Below are positions 20,086 through 29,080 of a DNA stretch of 64,000 nucleotides, piece by piece. Position 1 is the stretch's first letter. Each line of letters begins with the position of its first letter. The notes under the pieces were generated by a model. It saw nothing but the letters and a program-made list of their open reading frames with translations. It made no database searches and had not been told where the DNA came from. A program made the position numbers and the translations under genes. The stretch comes from Trueperaceae bacterium (lineage in GTDB: Bacteria; Deinococcota; Deinococci; Deinococcales; Trueperaceae). Location of the stretch: assembly GCA_965214405.1 (NCBI GenBank), contig OZ243956.1, positions 2,208,001 to 2,272,000 of the forward strand, given 5' to 3'.

Positions 20086-21039
20086 ATGCGTATGAGTTAT
20101 AGGAGTGTAGCCGATCTGAATGAGCAGGTTGTGAGCCTAGCAACCCGGCTCCCTAGAGACGTGGAGGTGGTGGTCGGTATACCGCGCAGCGGGTTGCTGC
20201 CCGCTAGCCTACTGGCTCTACACCTCAACCTTCCTCTCACGGACGTGGAGGGGTTGGTGGAGGGCCGACTTTTCTCCGGGGGGTTCCGGGTCAAGCAAAA
20301 ACAGGCGAGCGACCTTCTTGCCACCAAACGAAACGTTTTGATAGTAGACGACAGCGTAGGGGCGGGCAACCAACTGAGGGCCACCAAAAAGGAACTGGTT
20401 GAGGCGAGGCTTCCGCATATCCTTCGTTACGCAACCGTCTATATGATGCCGGGGTCCGAAGAGGTTGTTGATTTCTTTTGCGAACACGTGCCCTATCCTC
20501 GAGTGTTCGAGTGGAACCTCATGCATCACGGGCAGTTGTCCATGAGCTGCATGGTCACAGAGGGCGTGCTGTACCGTGAGCCCTCGCCCGAAGAGCGTAG
20601 TGATGAAACGGCCTTCGCGGCGTTTCTCGCGCGTGCGGACCCGCTCCATCTGCCTACCAAGCGCGTAGGCTGGCTCGTCGCGTGCCAGCCCGAAACGTAC
20701 CGCGCGCCCATTCAGGCGTGGCTCGCCCGCCACAGAGTCGGTTACGAAGAGCTCATCATGATGAAGCCCGCTGACGAGGCCCAACTCGCGGCGCAATGTA
20801 CAGCCTACAAAACGAAAGTCTATAAAAAGACCGGCGCGCGCCTCCTTATCGAGCCCTCGCTGCAGCACGCCATCGGCGTCGCCAAGGAGGCGGAAAAACC
20901 CGTGTTCTGTACCGAAACGAGAGAAATGATCTATCCCGAAAGTCAACCCAGGAGCCTACTCAAGAAAAGCCGCTTAGACTACGCCGTCACGACCGCCAGG
21001 GTCAAGGTACAGAGAAAACTCCGCGGCTTGTTTGGGTAG
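20086..21039 (+). CDS. type I phosphoribosyltransferase plus degenerate HAD-like domain protein
   Basis: VVGIPRSGLLPA and the PRPP-binding loop VLIVDDSVGAG. The C-terminal half has a HAD-like layout with MVTEGVL in place of DxDGVL. Confidence 0.7.
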   Translation: MRMSYRSVADLNEQVVSLATRLPRDVEVVVGIPRSGLLPASLLALHLNLPLTDVEGLVEGRLFSGGFRVKQKQASDLLATKRNVLIVDDSVGAGNQLRATKKELVEARLPHILRYATVYMMPGSEEVVDFFCEHVPYPRVFEWNLMHHGQLSMSCMVTEGVLYREPSPEERSDETAFAAFLARADPLHLPTKRVGWLVACQPETYRAPIQAWLARHRVGYEELIMMKPADEAQLAAQCTAYKTKVYKKTGARLLIEPSLQHAIGVAKEAEKPVFCTETREMIYPESQPRSLLKKSRLDYAVTTARVKVQRKLRGLFG

Positions 21040-21118
21040 TAAAACCGCCCACATGATACGCGTCACTGCGCCCCTGACCTTTTTCCTTTAGATTGGTTTT
21101 AAGCAGTCCGCACTTCGC

Positions 21119-21164
21119 GTCAGGTATAAAGAGTGTCAGGTGTAAAAAGTGTCAGGTATAAAGA
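21119..21164. repeat. 16-bp tandem repeat GTCAGGTATAAAGAGT x3 (imperfect)
   Basis: Seen directly upstream of the GT2 start. Confidence 0.8.
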
Positions 21165-21175
21165 AAGGTCGCAAG

Positions 21176-22309
21176 ATGACTAGGCCACTCGTAAGCATTA
21201 TCATCGACAACTACAACTACGCCCGCTTTCTAAATGAAGCTATCGAGAGTGCACTTAGCCAGGCTTACGCCAACACAGAGGTGATCGTGGTAGACGACGG
21301 CTCTACCGACCATTCTCGAGAGGTGATTGAGGCGTTCGGCGACCAAATCGTTTCTGTTTTCAAGGAGAACGGCGGTCAGGCTTCGGCGTTTAACGCAGGC
21401 TTCGCGCGGAGCCGCGGCGAGATCGTCATGTTCCTAGACTCCGACGACCTGCTCTATCCGAATGCGGCGGCGCGCGTTGCGGAAGCTTATGAGGCCCGCG
21501 CGGACGGCTACACGAAGTTTCAGTTTAGACTGCGGCTCTGTGACCAACAGTCTCTCCCCCTGGCCGACACCCATCCCCTGCAAAAAGAGGAAATGCCCAA
21601 CGGCGACGTGTCCCAAACGCTGCTTTTGACGGGGAAGTACACCTCTCCACCCACCAGCGGCAACGCCTTTGCACGGTCTTTTTTGGGCGATATTATGCCC
21701 ATGCCAGAAGCGCCCTACCGTTCGGGAGCCGACGGAGGGTACTTAGTGCCTCTCGCGGCCTTACACGGGAACATTTACTCGATCGACGAGGAGCTAGGTA
21801 TGTACCGCATTCACGGGAACAACGGCTTCTTTTTACACACATCCACCGTTTCCACCATCAATAAAAAGTGGTTCGCCCGCAACGTGACGCGCGATATCCT
21901 TAAGTCGTCGCTGCTCTTAGAAAACGCCAAGGCGTTGGGCCTACCCGCGCAAGGTGATCCGACGCTCCGAAGCGCCTACTCGATGACCAACCGGCTGGCC
22001 TCTCTGAGGCTTAACGGTCGTCAACACCCTGCCCCGTCCGACACCGTGTGGGGTCTCCTTTTCAAATGTTTACGCGCCGAGTGGCGGTACGCCGACGAAA
22101 GCGTTGTCAAGAAGCTGCTGGTGAGTCTATGGTTTTTTGTGGTGGCTTTCTCTCCTGTGCAGGTGGTGCAAGATATCATTCCGTGGCGCTTTATTCACAA
22201 CTCTCGTCCTAAATTTTATAGTAAGCTACTCCAATTGCCCGAGCGGCTCGCTTCTTTTAGAGGCGCAAAATCCAAATCTAAGCTCCGGCAGGTGCATGAG
22301 CACGAATAG
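21176..22309 (+). CDS. GT2 glycosyltransferase
   Basis: VSIIIDNYNYARFL, VVDDGSTD, NGGQASAFN, FLDSDD. Confidence 0.92.
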   Translation: MTRPLVSIIIDNYNYARFLNEAIESALSQAYANTEVIVVDDGSTDHSREVIEAFGDQIVSVFKENGGQASAFNAGFARSRGEIVMFLDSDDLLYPNAAARVAEAYEARADGYTKFQFRLRLCDQQSLPLADTHPLQKEEMPNGDVSQTLLLTGKYTSPPTSGNAFARSFLGDIMPMPEAPYRSGADGGYLVPLAALHGNIYSIDEELGMYRIHGNNGFFLHTSTVSTINKKWFARNVTRDILKSSLLLENAKALGLPAQGDPTLRSAYSMTNRLASLRLNGRQHPAPSDTVWGLLFKCLRAEWRYADESVVKKLLVSLWFFVVAFSPVQVVQDIIPWRFIHNSRPKFYSKLLQLPERLASFRGAKSKSKLRQVHEHE

Positions 22310-22373
22310 TCCGAGTCGTTTGCTCCTGAGTTGTAAAGAGGTAAAAGGTGTATAAGAGGGTGTACCCAAACGT

Positions 22374-23525
22374 ATGAAAGAACCTCTAAAGGTCGCCTGG
22401 CTTCAGACGGTCATCCCGAGTTACCGGGTGCCTTTTTTGAAAAGGCTGGCCCAAAAAGAACAAGTCACCGTCGTTTGCTTTCATGGCGAAGGCAACAAGG
22501 GTCACAGCGTTCAGTCGGTGGGCCAGGAGCTCCCGGTAGAGAGCTTTTGGACCCGCAACTATTTCTGGCCTTTTGGCGGCTCCCGGGTGATGTGGCAGTC
22601 CGGCCTGCGGACGCTGCTCGGCGGGCGCTTCGACGTCGCTGTCTGTTCGGAGATCGTCCACAACGCGGTCGTCTGGGTTTTGTGGGGGCTCAGGAACGTG
22701 ACCGGGCTCAGGCTGGTGCTCCTGGGGTACGGCTACCGCCCTCAAATGACAGGAAGAGTCGTAAGTACACTGCGCGACAGGGCGCGGATGGTGTTACTGA
22801 GATCTGCGGACGCGATTATTGTGTATACCGAACGCGGGCGAGACGAATGTGTGGCCGCGGGGCTGCCGGAAGAAAAAATTTTTGTCAGCAAAAACACCGT
22901 GGATACGGAGCTGTTGATGGAGGTGGGCGAACGGGTTTGCCCCGAAGACTTAGAGGCCGTCCGAGAGAAGCACGATCTAAGTTGCCCGGTGCTTCTCTAC
23001 GTGGGTCGACTCCTGCCGGTCAAGCGTCCGGACGTTTTAATCGAGGCGGTGCGCACGCTCAACCAGCAAAGCGTGCCGTGTCGTCTTCTCATCATAGGAG
23101 ACGGTCATATGCGCGAGGCGCTGGAGGCGCAGGCCAGAGAGCTCCCGAACGTATCTTTCTTGGGTGCCATCTTTGAAGAAGAGGAGTTGGCCAAATATTT
23201 TTTGGTTTCAGATCTTTTGGTCATCCCCGGTCGCGTGGGCTTGACCTGCGTTCACGGCTTTGCCTACGGCGTACCTGTACTCACGTCGCAAGACGATGTG
23301 GAGCAAAGCCCCGAATACGACTACATTGTCGACGGCGAGAACGGCTTTTTAATTAAAGAGCCAAACGCCGGGCTCTACGCCGAGGCTATTAAACGTACGC
23401 TTCAGAATGGCGCAGTGTTGGCTCAACTCAAGGCTGGGGCCAAACGCTCTGCGAGCGCTCTAAGCATGAGCCAGATGGTCGACCAATTCGTGTCCGCAGT
23501 TCGTTACGCGGCGGGAGGCCGGTAG
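22374..23525 (+). CDS. GT4 glycosyltransferase
   Basis: LYVGRLLPVKRPD, IIGDG, VIPGRVGLTCVHGFAYGVPV, SPE. Confidence 0.88.
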   Translation: MKEPLKVAWLQTVIPSYRVPFLKRLAQKEQVTVVCFHGEGNKGHSVQSVGQELPVESFWTRNYFWPFGGSRVMWQSGLRTLLGGRFDVAVCSEIVHNAVVWVLWGLRNVTGLRLVLLGYGYRPQMTGRVVSTLRDRARMVLLRSADAIIVYTERGRDECVAAGLPEEKIFVSKNTVDTELLMEVGERVCPEDLEAVREKHDLSCPVLLYVGRLLPVKRPDVLIEAVRTLNQQSVPCRLLIIGDGHMREALEAQARELPNVSFLGAIFEEEELAKYFLVSDLLVIPGRVGLTCVHGFAYGVPVLTSQDDVEQSPEYDYIVDGENGFLIKEPNAGLYAEAIKRTLQNGAVLAQLKAGAKRSASALSMSQMVDQFVSAVRYAAGGR

Positions 23526-23575
23526 TGCGGCGCACGTAAGCCGGGTCAACCGCTACGGGTACGGTGCCAACCGCT

Positions 23576-23649
23576 TCACAACAACAGAACCTCACAGCAA
23601 CAGAGCCTCACAGCAACAGAGCCTCACAGCAACAGAGCCTCACAACAGA
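23576..23649. repeat. 16-bp tandem repeat TCACAGCAACAGAGCC, about 4.5 copies
   Basis: Contiguous units with no spacers, intergenic. Confidence 0.9.
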
Positions 23650-23684
23650 TCCAAGTCAGTTTAAAGACTAAGGTAGGCCACGAT

Positions 23685-25103
23685 ATGAGAAAAACTCAAA
23701 GAAGCCCGGCACCCATAACCTTTTGGTTCGGGGCCTCCACAGTGGTGGCCGTTTTTACCGTGACCTACGCGGTTGTTATGGGGTACTGGTGGCTGGGCTT
23801 GCTCCTTACGCTTGGGGTGTTTACGGTTCACCTCGTTGCCCCCGCAACAAGCCTTGTGAGGAGCTTTCTAAGCTCTATCGACCGTCTAAGCGTCGCGTGG
23901 TTGCTGGCGTTGACGGCTACCCTCTCAATCAACACGCTGACGCCCGACCAAATCTTTTCCGGAAGCCTGGGAGCGGCGCAGATGATACGCTTCGGCCTCC
24001 TCACGGTGGCCTTGCTGCTGGTTCTTCCTAACTTGTATAGGTGGTTCAGTGGGGAGCGCGGCTTATGGTTTGGCGGTGTCAGCAAGCATTATTTGGCCTA
24101 TGTGGGGGTTGCCCTTCTCTCAACCATCTGGTCCGTCGGCAGGATCGCCACGGCAGGCAAAGTGTTTGAGTTGACGGTCGCGCTCCTTGTTGTTTTCGCC
24201 ACAGCGGCGCAGCCTGAGGCGGAGGGGCGGCTCAAAAGGTTGTTCTTCTTGACGCTGAGCTTCGCCGCCGTTCTACTTTTCATATCCTTGGTCGGTTACT
24301 TTGTCTCCCCCGAAAATTTTAGACAGTACCTGTGGGTGAGTGACAGCTACCGCATGAGGGGGGGGTTCACCTCGCTGACCTCGAACGTCATCGCTCGGCT
24401 CGGCGCCGTTATAGCGCTCTCTGCTCTGGCGTTTTCTATAGAACGCGGCCTGTCCTTGCTCGAGCGCTTTTTGGCGCTTACGGTCGTCGGTTTCGGCTGT
24501 CTTTTCCCGGTACTGGCGGAGGGGCGAACCGGTCTGGCCGCCCTTTTGCTCGGCGCTTTGGTGCTCGTTCTGGTGAGACGGCCCTTGCTCAGCCTTCTCT
24601 TTTTGCCCGTTGGCGCCTATGTGGTGGCAGATTATCTGGACACCTTCCTAGAGTTTTTTAAGCGCGGGCAGAACGACGAGCTCTTTTTGAGCCTGACAGG
24701 CCGCGTCGGCTGGTGGGCAGCGGGCTGGCAATCGTTTCTGCAGCAGCCGCTCACCGGTTACGGTTTCGGCGTCGGCTCGAGGGTGGTTTTTACCGACCTG
24801 GGAAGAGCCGGTACGGCGTATATCCATAACGGCTTTCTGGAAGTGGCGTTGGGCGTCGGGATCATCGGCTTCGCCCTATGGTTCGTCATGCTGCTACGGT
24901 GGATCCTTGGCGTGAGCCGCAAACTTTTGGCGGGGCGGGAATCACCCATCTACAGCTACGCTGTGCCTATACTCTTTGCCACCGTACTAAATTCGGGCGC
25001 GGGCGACTGGTTCTCCATAGAACTCGGCTTGTTTATCATTATTATGGTGCTTCTAGATCGGCAGAACGCTTCCGGGCCTCTAAAGGTGGGCGGAAAGCCG
25101 TGA
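23685..25103 (+). CDS. O-antigen ligase/Wzy-like polymerase
   Basis: About 11-12 TM segments; GRTG, SLTGRVGWW, PLTGYGFG, HNGFLEV. Confidence 0.85.
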   Translation: MRKTQRSPAPITFWFGASTVVAVFTVTYAVVMGYWWLGLLLTLGVFTVHLVAPATSLVRSFLSSIDRLSVAWLLALTATLSINTLTPDQIFSGSLGAAQMIRFGLLTVALLLVLPNLYRWFSGERGLWFGGVSKHYLAYVGVALLSTIWSVGRIATAGKVFELTVALLVVFATAAQPEAEGRLKRLFFLTLSFAAVLLFISLVGYFVSPENFRQYLWVSDSYRMRGGFTSLTSNVIARLGAVIALSALAFSIERGLSLLERFLALTVVGFGCLFPVLAEGRTGLAALLLGALVLVLVRRPLLSLLFLPVGAYVVADYLDTFLEFFKRGQNDELFLSLTGRVGWWAAGWQSFLQQPLTGYGFGVGSRVVFTDLGRAGTAYIHNGFLEVALGVGIIGFALWFVMLLRWILGVSRKLLAGRESPIYSYAVPILFATVLNSGAGDWFSIELGLFIIIMVLLDRQNASGPLKVGGKP

Positions 25104-26260
25104 GAATCGTTCTTGTTCATAACTACTACCAACAGCCCGGCGGAGAGGATGAGGTGTTCGCCGCCGAGGGCCGACTCCTCGAAAGGTACGGTCATCAGGT
25201 GTACCGCCACACCGTTCATAACGACGAGGTGTCACATTACGGCAAAGCCGCGCTAGCCAAGGCCACGATTTGGAACAGCGCCAGTTACGAACAGCTTCGC
25301 ACCATCTTACGGCGAGAACGCGCGCAGGTGGTTCACATTCATAACACCTTGCCGCTCATTTCTCCCGCCGCTTACTACGCAGCGAAAGCCGAGGGCGTCG
25401 CCGTTGTGCAGACGCTTCACAACTACCGCCTGCTCTGCCCGGCCGCGACCTTCCGCCGTGACGGTCACGTGTGTGAGGATTGTCTCGGCAAGACGCCCTG
25501 GCCCGGCGTCGTCCACGCTTGCTACCGGGACAGCTACGCGGCGAGCGGCGTGCTCGCTTCCATGCTAACGTACCACCGCGCCCGCCGGACTTGGGACGCG
25601 GCGGTCGATGTTTACATAGCCCTCACGGAGTTCGCAAAAGAAAAGTTTGTCGAGGGCGGAATGCCTGAGGCGAAAATCGTTGTTAAACCCAATTTTCTTG
25701 ACTCGGACTTGAGCGCGTTTGGAAAGAGAGAAGACTACGCGCTCTTTGTAGGACGCCTCTCGGAAGAGAAAGGGCTGTCGGTTTTGCTTTCCGCGTGGCG
25801 CACGCTCGGCGCGCGTGTTCCCCTTAAGATTGTAGGCGACGGCCCGCTCGCTCCGGAGGTGGAGAAGGCGGCCAAGGAAACACCCGGCGTCATGTGGCTC
25901 GGTCGCCAGCCGAGGGAAGAGGTACTGAACCTCATGAGCCGCGCCTACATGCTTGTGTTCCCCTCGGTGTGGTACGAAGGCTTTCCCATGACCTTAGTCG
26001 AGGCGTTCGCCGCGGGTCTGCCGGTGGTCGCAAGCCGTTTGGGGAGCATGGCGTCCATCATCGACCATAAGCGTACCGGCCTCCACTTTGAACCCGGTGA
26101 CCCCGCGGCGCTCGCGGCGCAAGTCGTGTGGGCTCTGGATCATCCGGCCGAGCTCGAGCACGTGCGCAAACTTGCTCGAGCCGAGTTCGAAGCCAAATAC
26201 ACAGCCGCGGTGAACTACCCACAACTTTTGGGTATCTATGAAAAGGCTTTGTCGGCGTGA
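25100..26260 (+). CDS. GT4 glycosyltransferase
   Basis: HNYYQQPGGED, QTLHNYRLLCP, FVGRLSEEKG, PSVWYEGFPMTLVEAFA; GTG start overlaps the upstream stop. Confidence 0.92.
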   Translation: MRIVLVHNYYQQPGGEDEVFAAEGRLLERYGHQVYRHTVHNDEVSHYGKAALAKATIWNSASYEQLRTILRRERAQVVHIHNTLPLISPAAYYAAKAEGVAVVQTLHNYRLLCPAATFRRDGHVCEDCLGKTPWPGVVHACYRDSYAASGVLASMLTYHRARRTWDAAVDVYIALTEFAKEKFVEGGMPEAKIVVKPNFLDSDLSAFGKREDYALFVGRLSEEKGLSVLLSAWRTLGARVPLKIVGDGPLAPEVEKAAKETPGVMWLGRQPREEVLNLMSRAYMLVFPSVWYEGFPMTLVEAFAAGLPVVASRLGSMASIIDHKRTGLHFEPGDPAALAAQVVWALDHPAELEHVRKLARAEFEAKYTAAVNYPQLLGIYEKALSA

Positions 26261-26695
26261 GGTGCGGTAACTTGCGGCAGAACATGTTTATCTACAGTAG
26301 AAAAGAACGCCTTCGCGGTTGCTTGGGGTAGAGCCGGGCGCTATTGGTCTCGCTCATGGCCGGAGAGGTTGCCAGGGCGGCGGTGCTCAGATCTCTCACA
26401 GCGTTTTGCACAATAACTGAGGGTATTCAGCGCAGGTATCATCTTACAAACTACGTCCCACACGTTAACTTTCCCCCTGCATCTCCCTCAAACCAGATGC
26501 TATTTGTTATCAGGATATTCATACGCGAGGAGGTACGCCTGCAAAAGGCAGACAAGCCCAACGTGGACTCGGAAGTAAGGGCTTCTTCAGGAGCTGTATC
26601 AGAACGAGGCCTTTTGAAGGCGCTCGTTGGCGGAGAACCGTTATGGGCTGGACTGTGGGTTGGGCGGACGGTGTAGCCGAAGCATGAAGCAAGCA

Positions 26696-27605
26696 CTACA
26701 TCACGGAGCGTTCTTTAACTTCATGAACGCCGAAGCTCTCCCCCAAGGCCAGCTTAGCCGCGTGGAAGCCGCACATGCCGTGGACCCCCCCACCCGGCGG
26801 CGTGGAAGCCGAGCAGAGGTAGACACCCTTCAAAGGCGTCTTGTAAGGCTGAGGCCGCAGCACCGGCCGCTTAAGAAGCTGCACCAAATCCGCCGCCCCG
26901 CCGTTCACGTCACCCCCCACATAGTTGGGGTTGTAAGCCTGCATTTGGGTCGCGTTCATGGTGTGCCTTGCCAGTACCCGCGCTTTGAAACCCGGCGCAA
27001 ACCGCTCCAACTGCGCCTCAACGGCCTCGGTCATGTCACCTTTGGACCCATTGGGCACGTGACAGTACGCCCACAGCGTGTGCTTACCCTCGGGCGCGCG
27101 CGAAGGATCAAAGAGACTCTGCTGAGCCGCTAACACATAAGGACGCGTGGGTGGTATGCCTTGCGACCACTCGCGCTCCGACTGGGCAATCTCCTTTAGG
27201 GTGCCCCCTAAGTGCAGCGTACCCGCGCGCAAACACGCCTCGTCTCCAGGGAATAGGACCGTCCAGCGCATAATCGAGCTTGAACACCCCCGCGCCGTAA
27301 CGGAAACGTTCCAGGTCACGCCGGTAACCCTGTGGCAGCTTTTCCCCCGCAATCGCCAAGTTGCCTCGGGCCTACGTCAAAAAGCGCCGCCTTGGCCTCG
27401 GGTAGGTCCCTAAGCGACCGCACCCGCACCCCCGTATGCACCTTGCCACCCAAGGCGCAAAAGTGCGCAGTGAGCGCGTCCGCTAGGCTCTGCGCGCCAC
27501 CCTTGGGAAAGGGCCAGCCCACCGCGTGACCGAGCGCCGCGAAGAGGAGCGCAAAGGCTGAGGTACCGGCTGCCTCTAGGGGCAAGACTGAGTGCGCCGG
27601 GGCGT
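26696..27605 (-). pseudogene. phytoene desaturase-like FAD oxidoreductase (COG1233), 5'-truncated and frameshifted
   Basis: Motifs are spread over three frames: AHSVLPL...GWPFPKGGAQSLADAL; RFRYGAGVFKLDYALDGPIPW; AGTLHLGG...DPSRAPEGKHTLWAYCHVP...STPPGGGVHGMCG. No N-terminal GxGxxG half. Confidence 0.85.
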
Positions 27606-27701
27606 TCGTAAAGCCAGGTAACTTTCTTAAGCACTAAGGGTGGGGCTCCGCCCCCCAAGCTCGAGGCGCAGCGCGCCACCTTACCCCGTGGTATCACGTA
27701 T

Positions 27702-28594
27702 CTACGGTGCTCGAATCGAAGTTTCGGGCTGGACTTCGGCGAGCAAACGGCGGTTGATAGGGTTCTCCGGCCATCGCACTGGATCGATGTAGCTGTTCTC
27801 TGCGTAAAACCGTCCCGCTTCTGAAGGAGAAACGTCAGGAGAGTCTTTCTGGATGACGGACCACAGCTCGGCAAGTTGCGCGTCCCGAGCCGGACCCTCA
27901 TTTATATTTATCACCCGGTTCGTAATGGTCCAGAACCTTCCGCCGTAACGCTTGAGGAGAGGCTTAGGGTCAACCGCTTGTTCAACCCCGTCATTCGAAA
28001 GCTTGACAAAGCTCATACGCTCTACCGTAGCACTCGGTTTATAGGTGAACGTCGGATAGGCGGCAAGAGGCCACACGTTCTCTACTTGGTCACAGCGCCC
28101 AACAAAAAGGGTGAAACCAAAAAATCTCGCGGAAGTGAACTGAACTCGACGGCTCGAGCCTCCCGGAGCACGAAAATAATAAGCGACGGGAAGAAAACGA
28201 TCCTGAAGATTTCCAGGTTGATGGGGCGCGACGTCTCATTGAAATAACGCGCCAAGAGGCGTGCGAGCCGCGCGAAAAGGAAAGACAGGACCGCGCCGTA
28301 CCCCAAGATGAGCGCCAGGAGCCAGAACCTGAAAAGCATGGCCGCCCGTGCCTGGTAGTACGCCAGGTCCCGAAAGTGGGAGGCGTAGCTGCGGTGTTGT
28401 TTCACGAGCTCGTTGATTGGCCCCCAGGACCGCCCCTCAAAGGCTGCCCTGACCAGCGGGGAGGCGAAAGCCACGTATAGGGCGACACTTACCGCGGCCA
28501 GAAGGACGAAAAGCCCTGTAATGATGAAAAGTGTAAGACGCCGCGCTTTGGCTGCCTTCGTCATGACGAGTACCCTTCCGGCGGCAGAAACCAC
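27702..28594 (-). pseudogene. probable HTTM-like membrane protein remnant (frameshift near 28082, probable internal deletion)
   Basis: YFNETSRPINLEIFRIVFF resembles the HTTM N-terminus. One added base would read ...LLGAVTKVENVWPLAAYPTF, like the WPFxxYPxF motif. The multi-TM core appears to be absent. Confidence 0.45.
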
Positions 28595-29023
28595 CTATCC
28601 GGTCCCCTACCGCGTTGAGTTCGCCATCTTGCCACCACCGTTACTGTAAGATTTTTACTTTCATAGGCATGTGCAACGGTCATAGCTCTTCGCGTGGTTC
28701 TTGAACCTCACCTACTATTCGGAGTGCGGGGTGCGGCGCGTATTTTTGAGAGCTTTGAAAAGCGCAGGCGTTTATCTGGAGGCGCACAATTTGGTGAGGT
28801 TGCCGTACCCAAACAGAAGTCTAGAACGCGAAGCCGGTTCTGATGCTCATAGTTCTGATGCTCGTAAATAGATAGCGGTTTTCAGCGACGTTAAGCAAAC
28901 CCGACGCGGGTATCCCCCTCAAACTTTGTCCTAGACAGTAACGTGCGGGCGGAACCCCACTCGCGCTAGATACCTGCTGTGAAAGTTTCAAGAACATCCA
29001 GCCGAGCATTTTTTGGCAAACAT

Positions 29024-29053
29024 AAAAGAGAGCTTGGTATCAAGCCCTCTTTT
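29024..29053. terminator. intrinsic terminator
   Basis: AAAAGAGAGCTTG-GTAT-CAAGCCCTCTTTT, downstream of the minus-strand CDS ending at 29081. Confidence 0.75.
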
Positions 29054-29080
29054 GTCCTTGTTGCTTGTAGTGACTAGATG

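Noticed and set aside
19745..20143. 132-aa minus-strand ORF between wzx and the PRTase gene
   Set aside because: No motifs, overlaps the PRTase start and lies antisense within an operon; probably non-coding.
23576..23649. Possible CRISPR array
   Set aside because: The 16-bp units are contiguous with no unique spacers, and there are no cas genes in the window.
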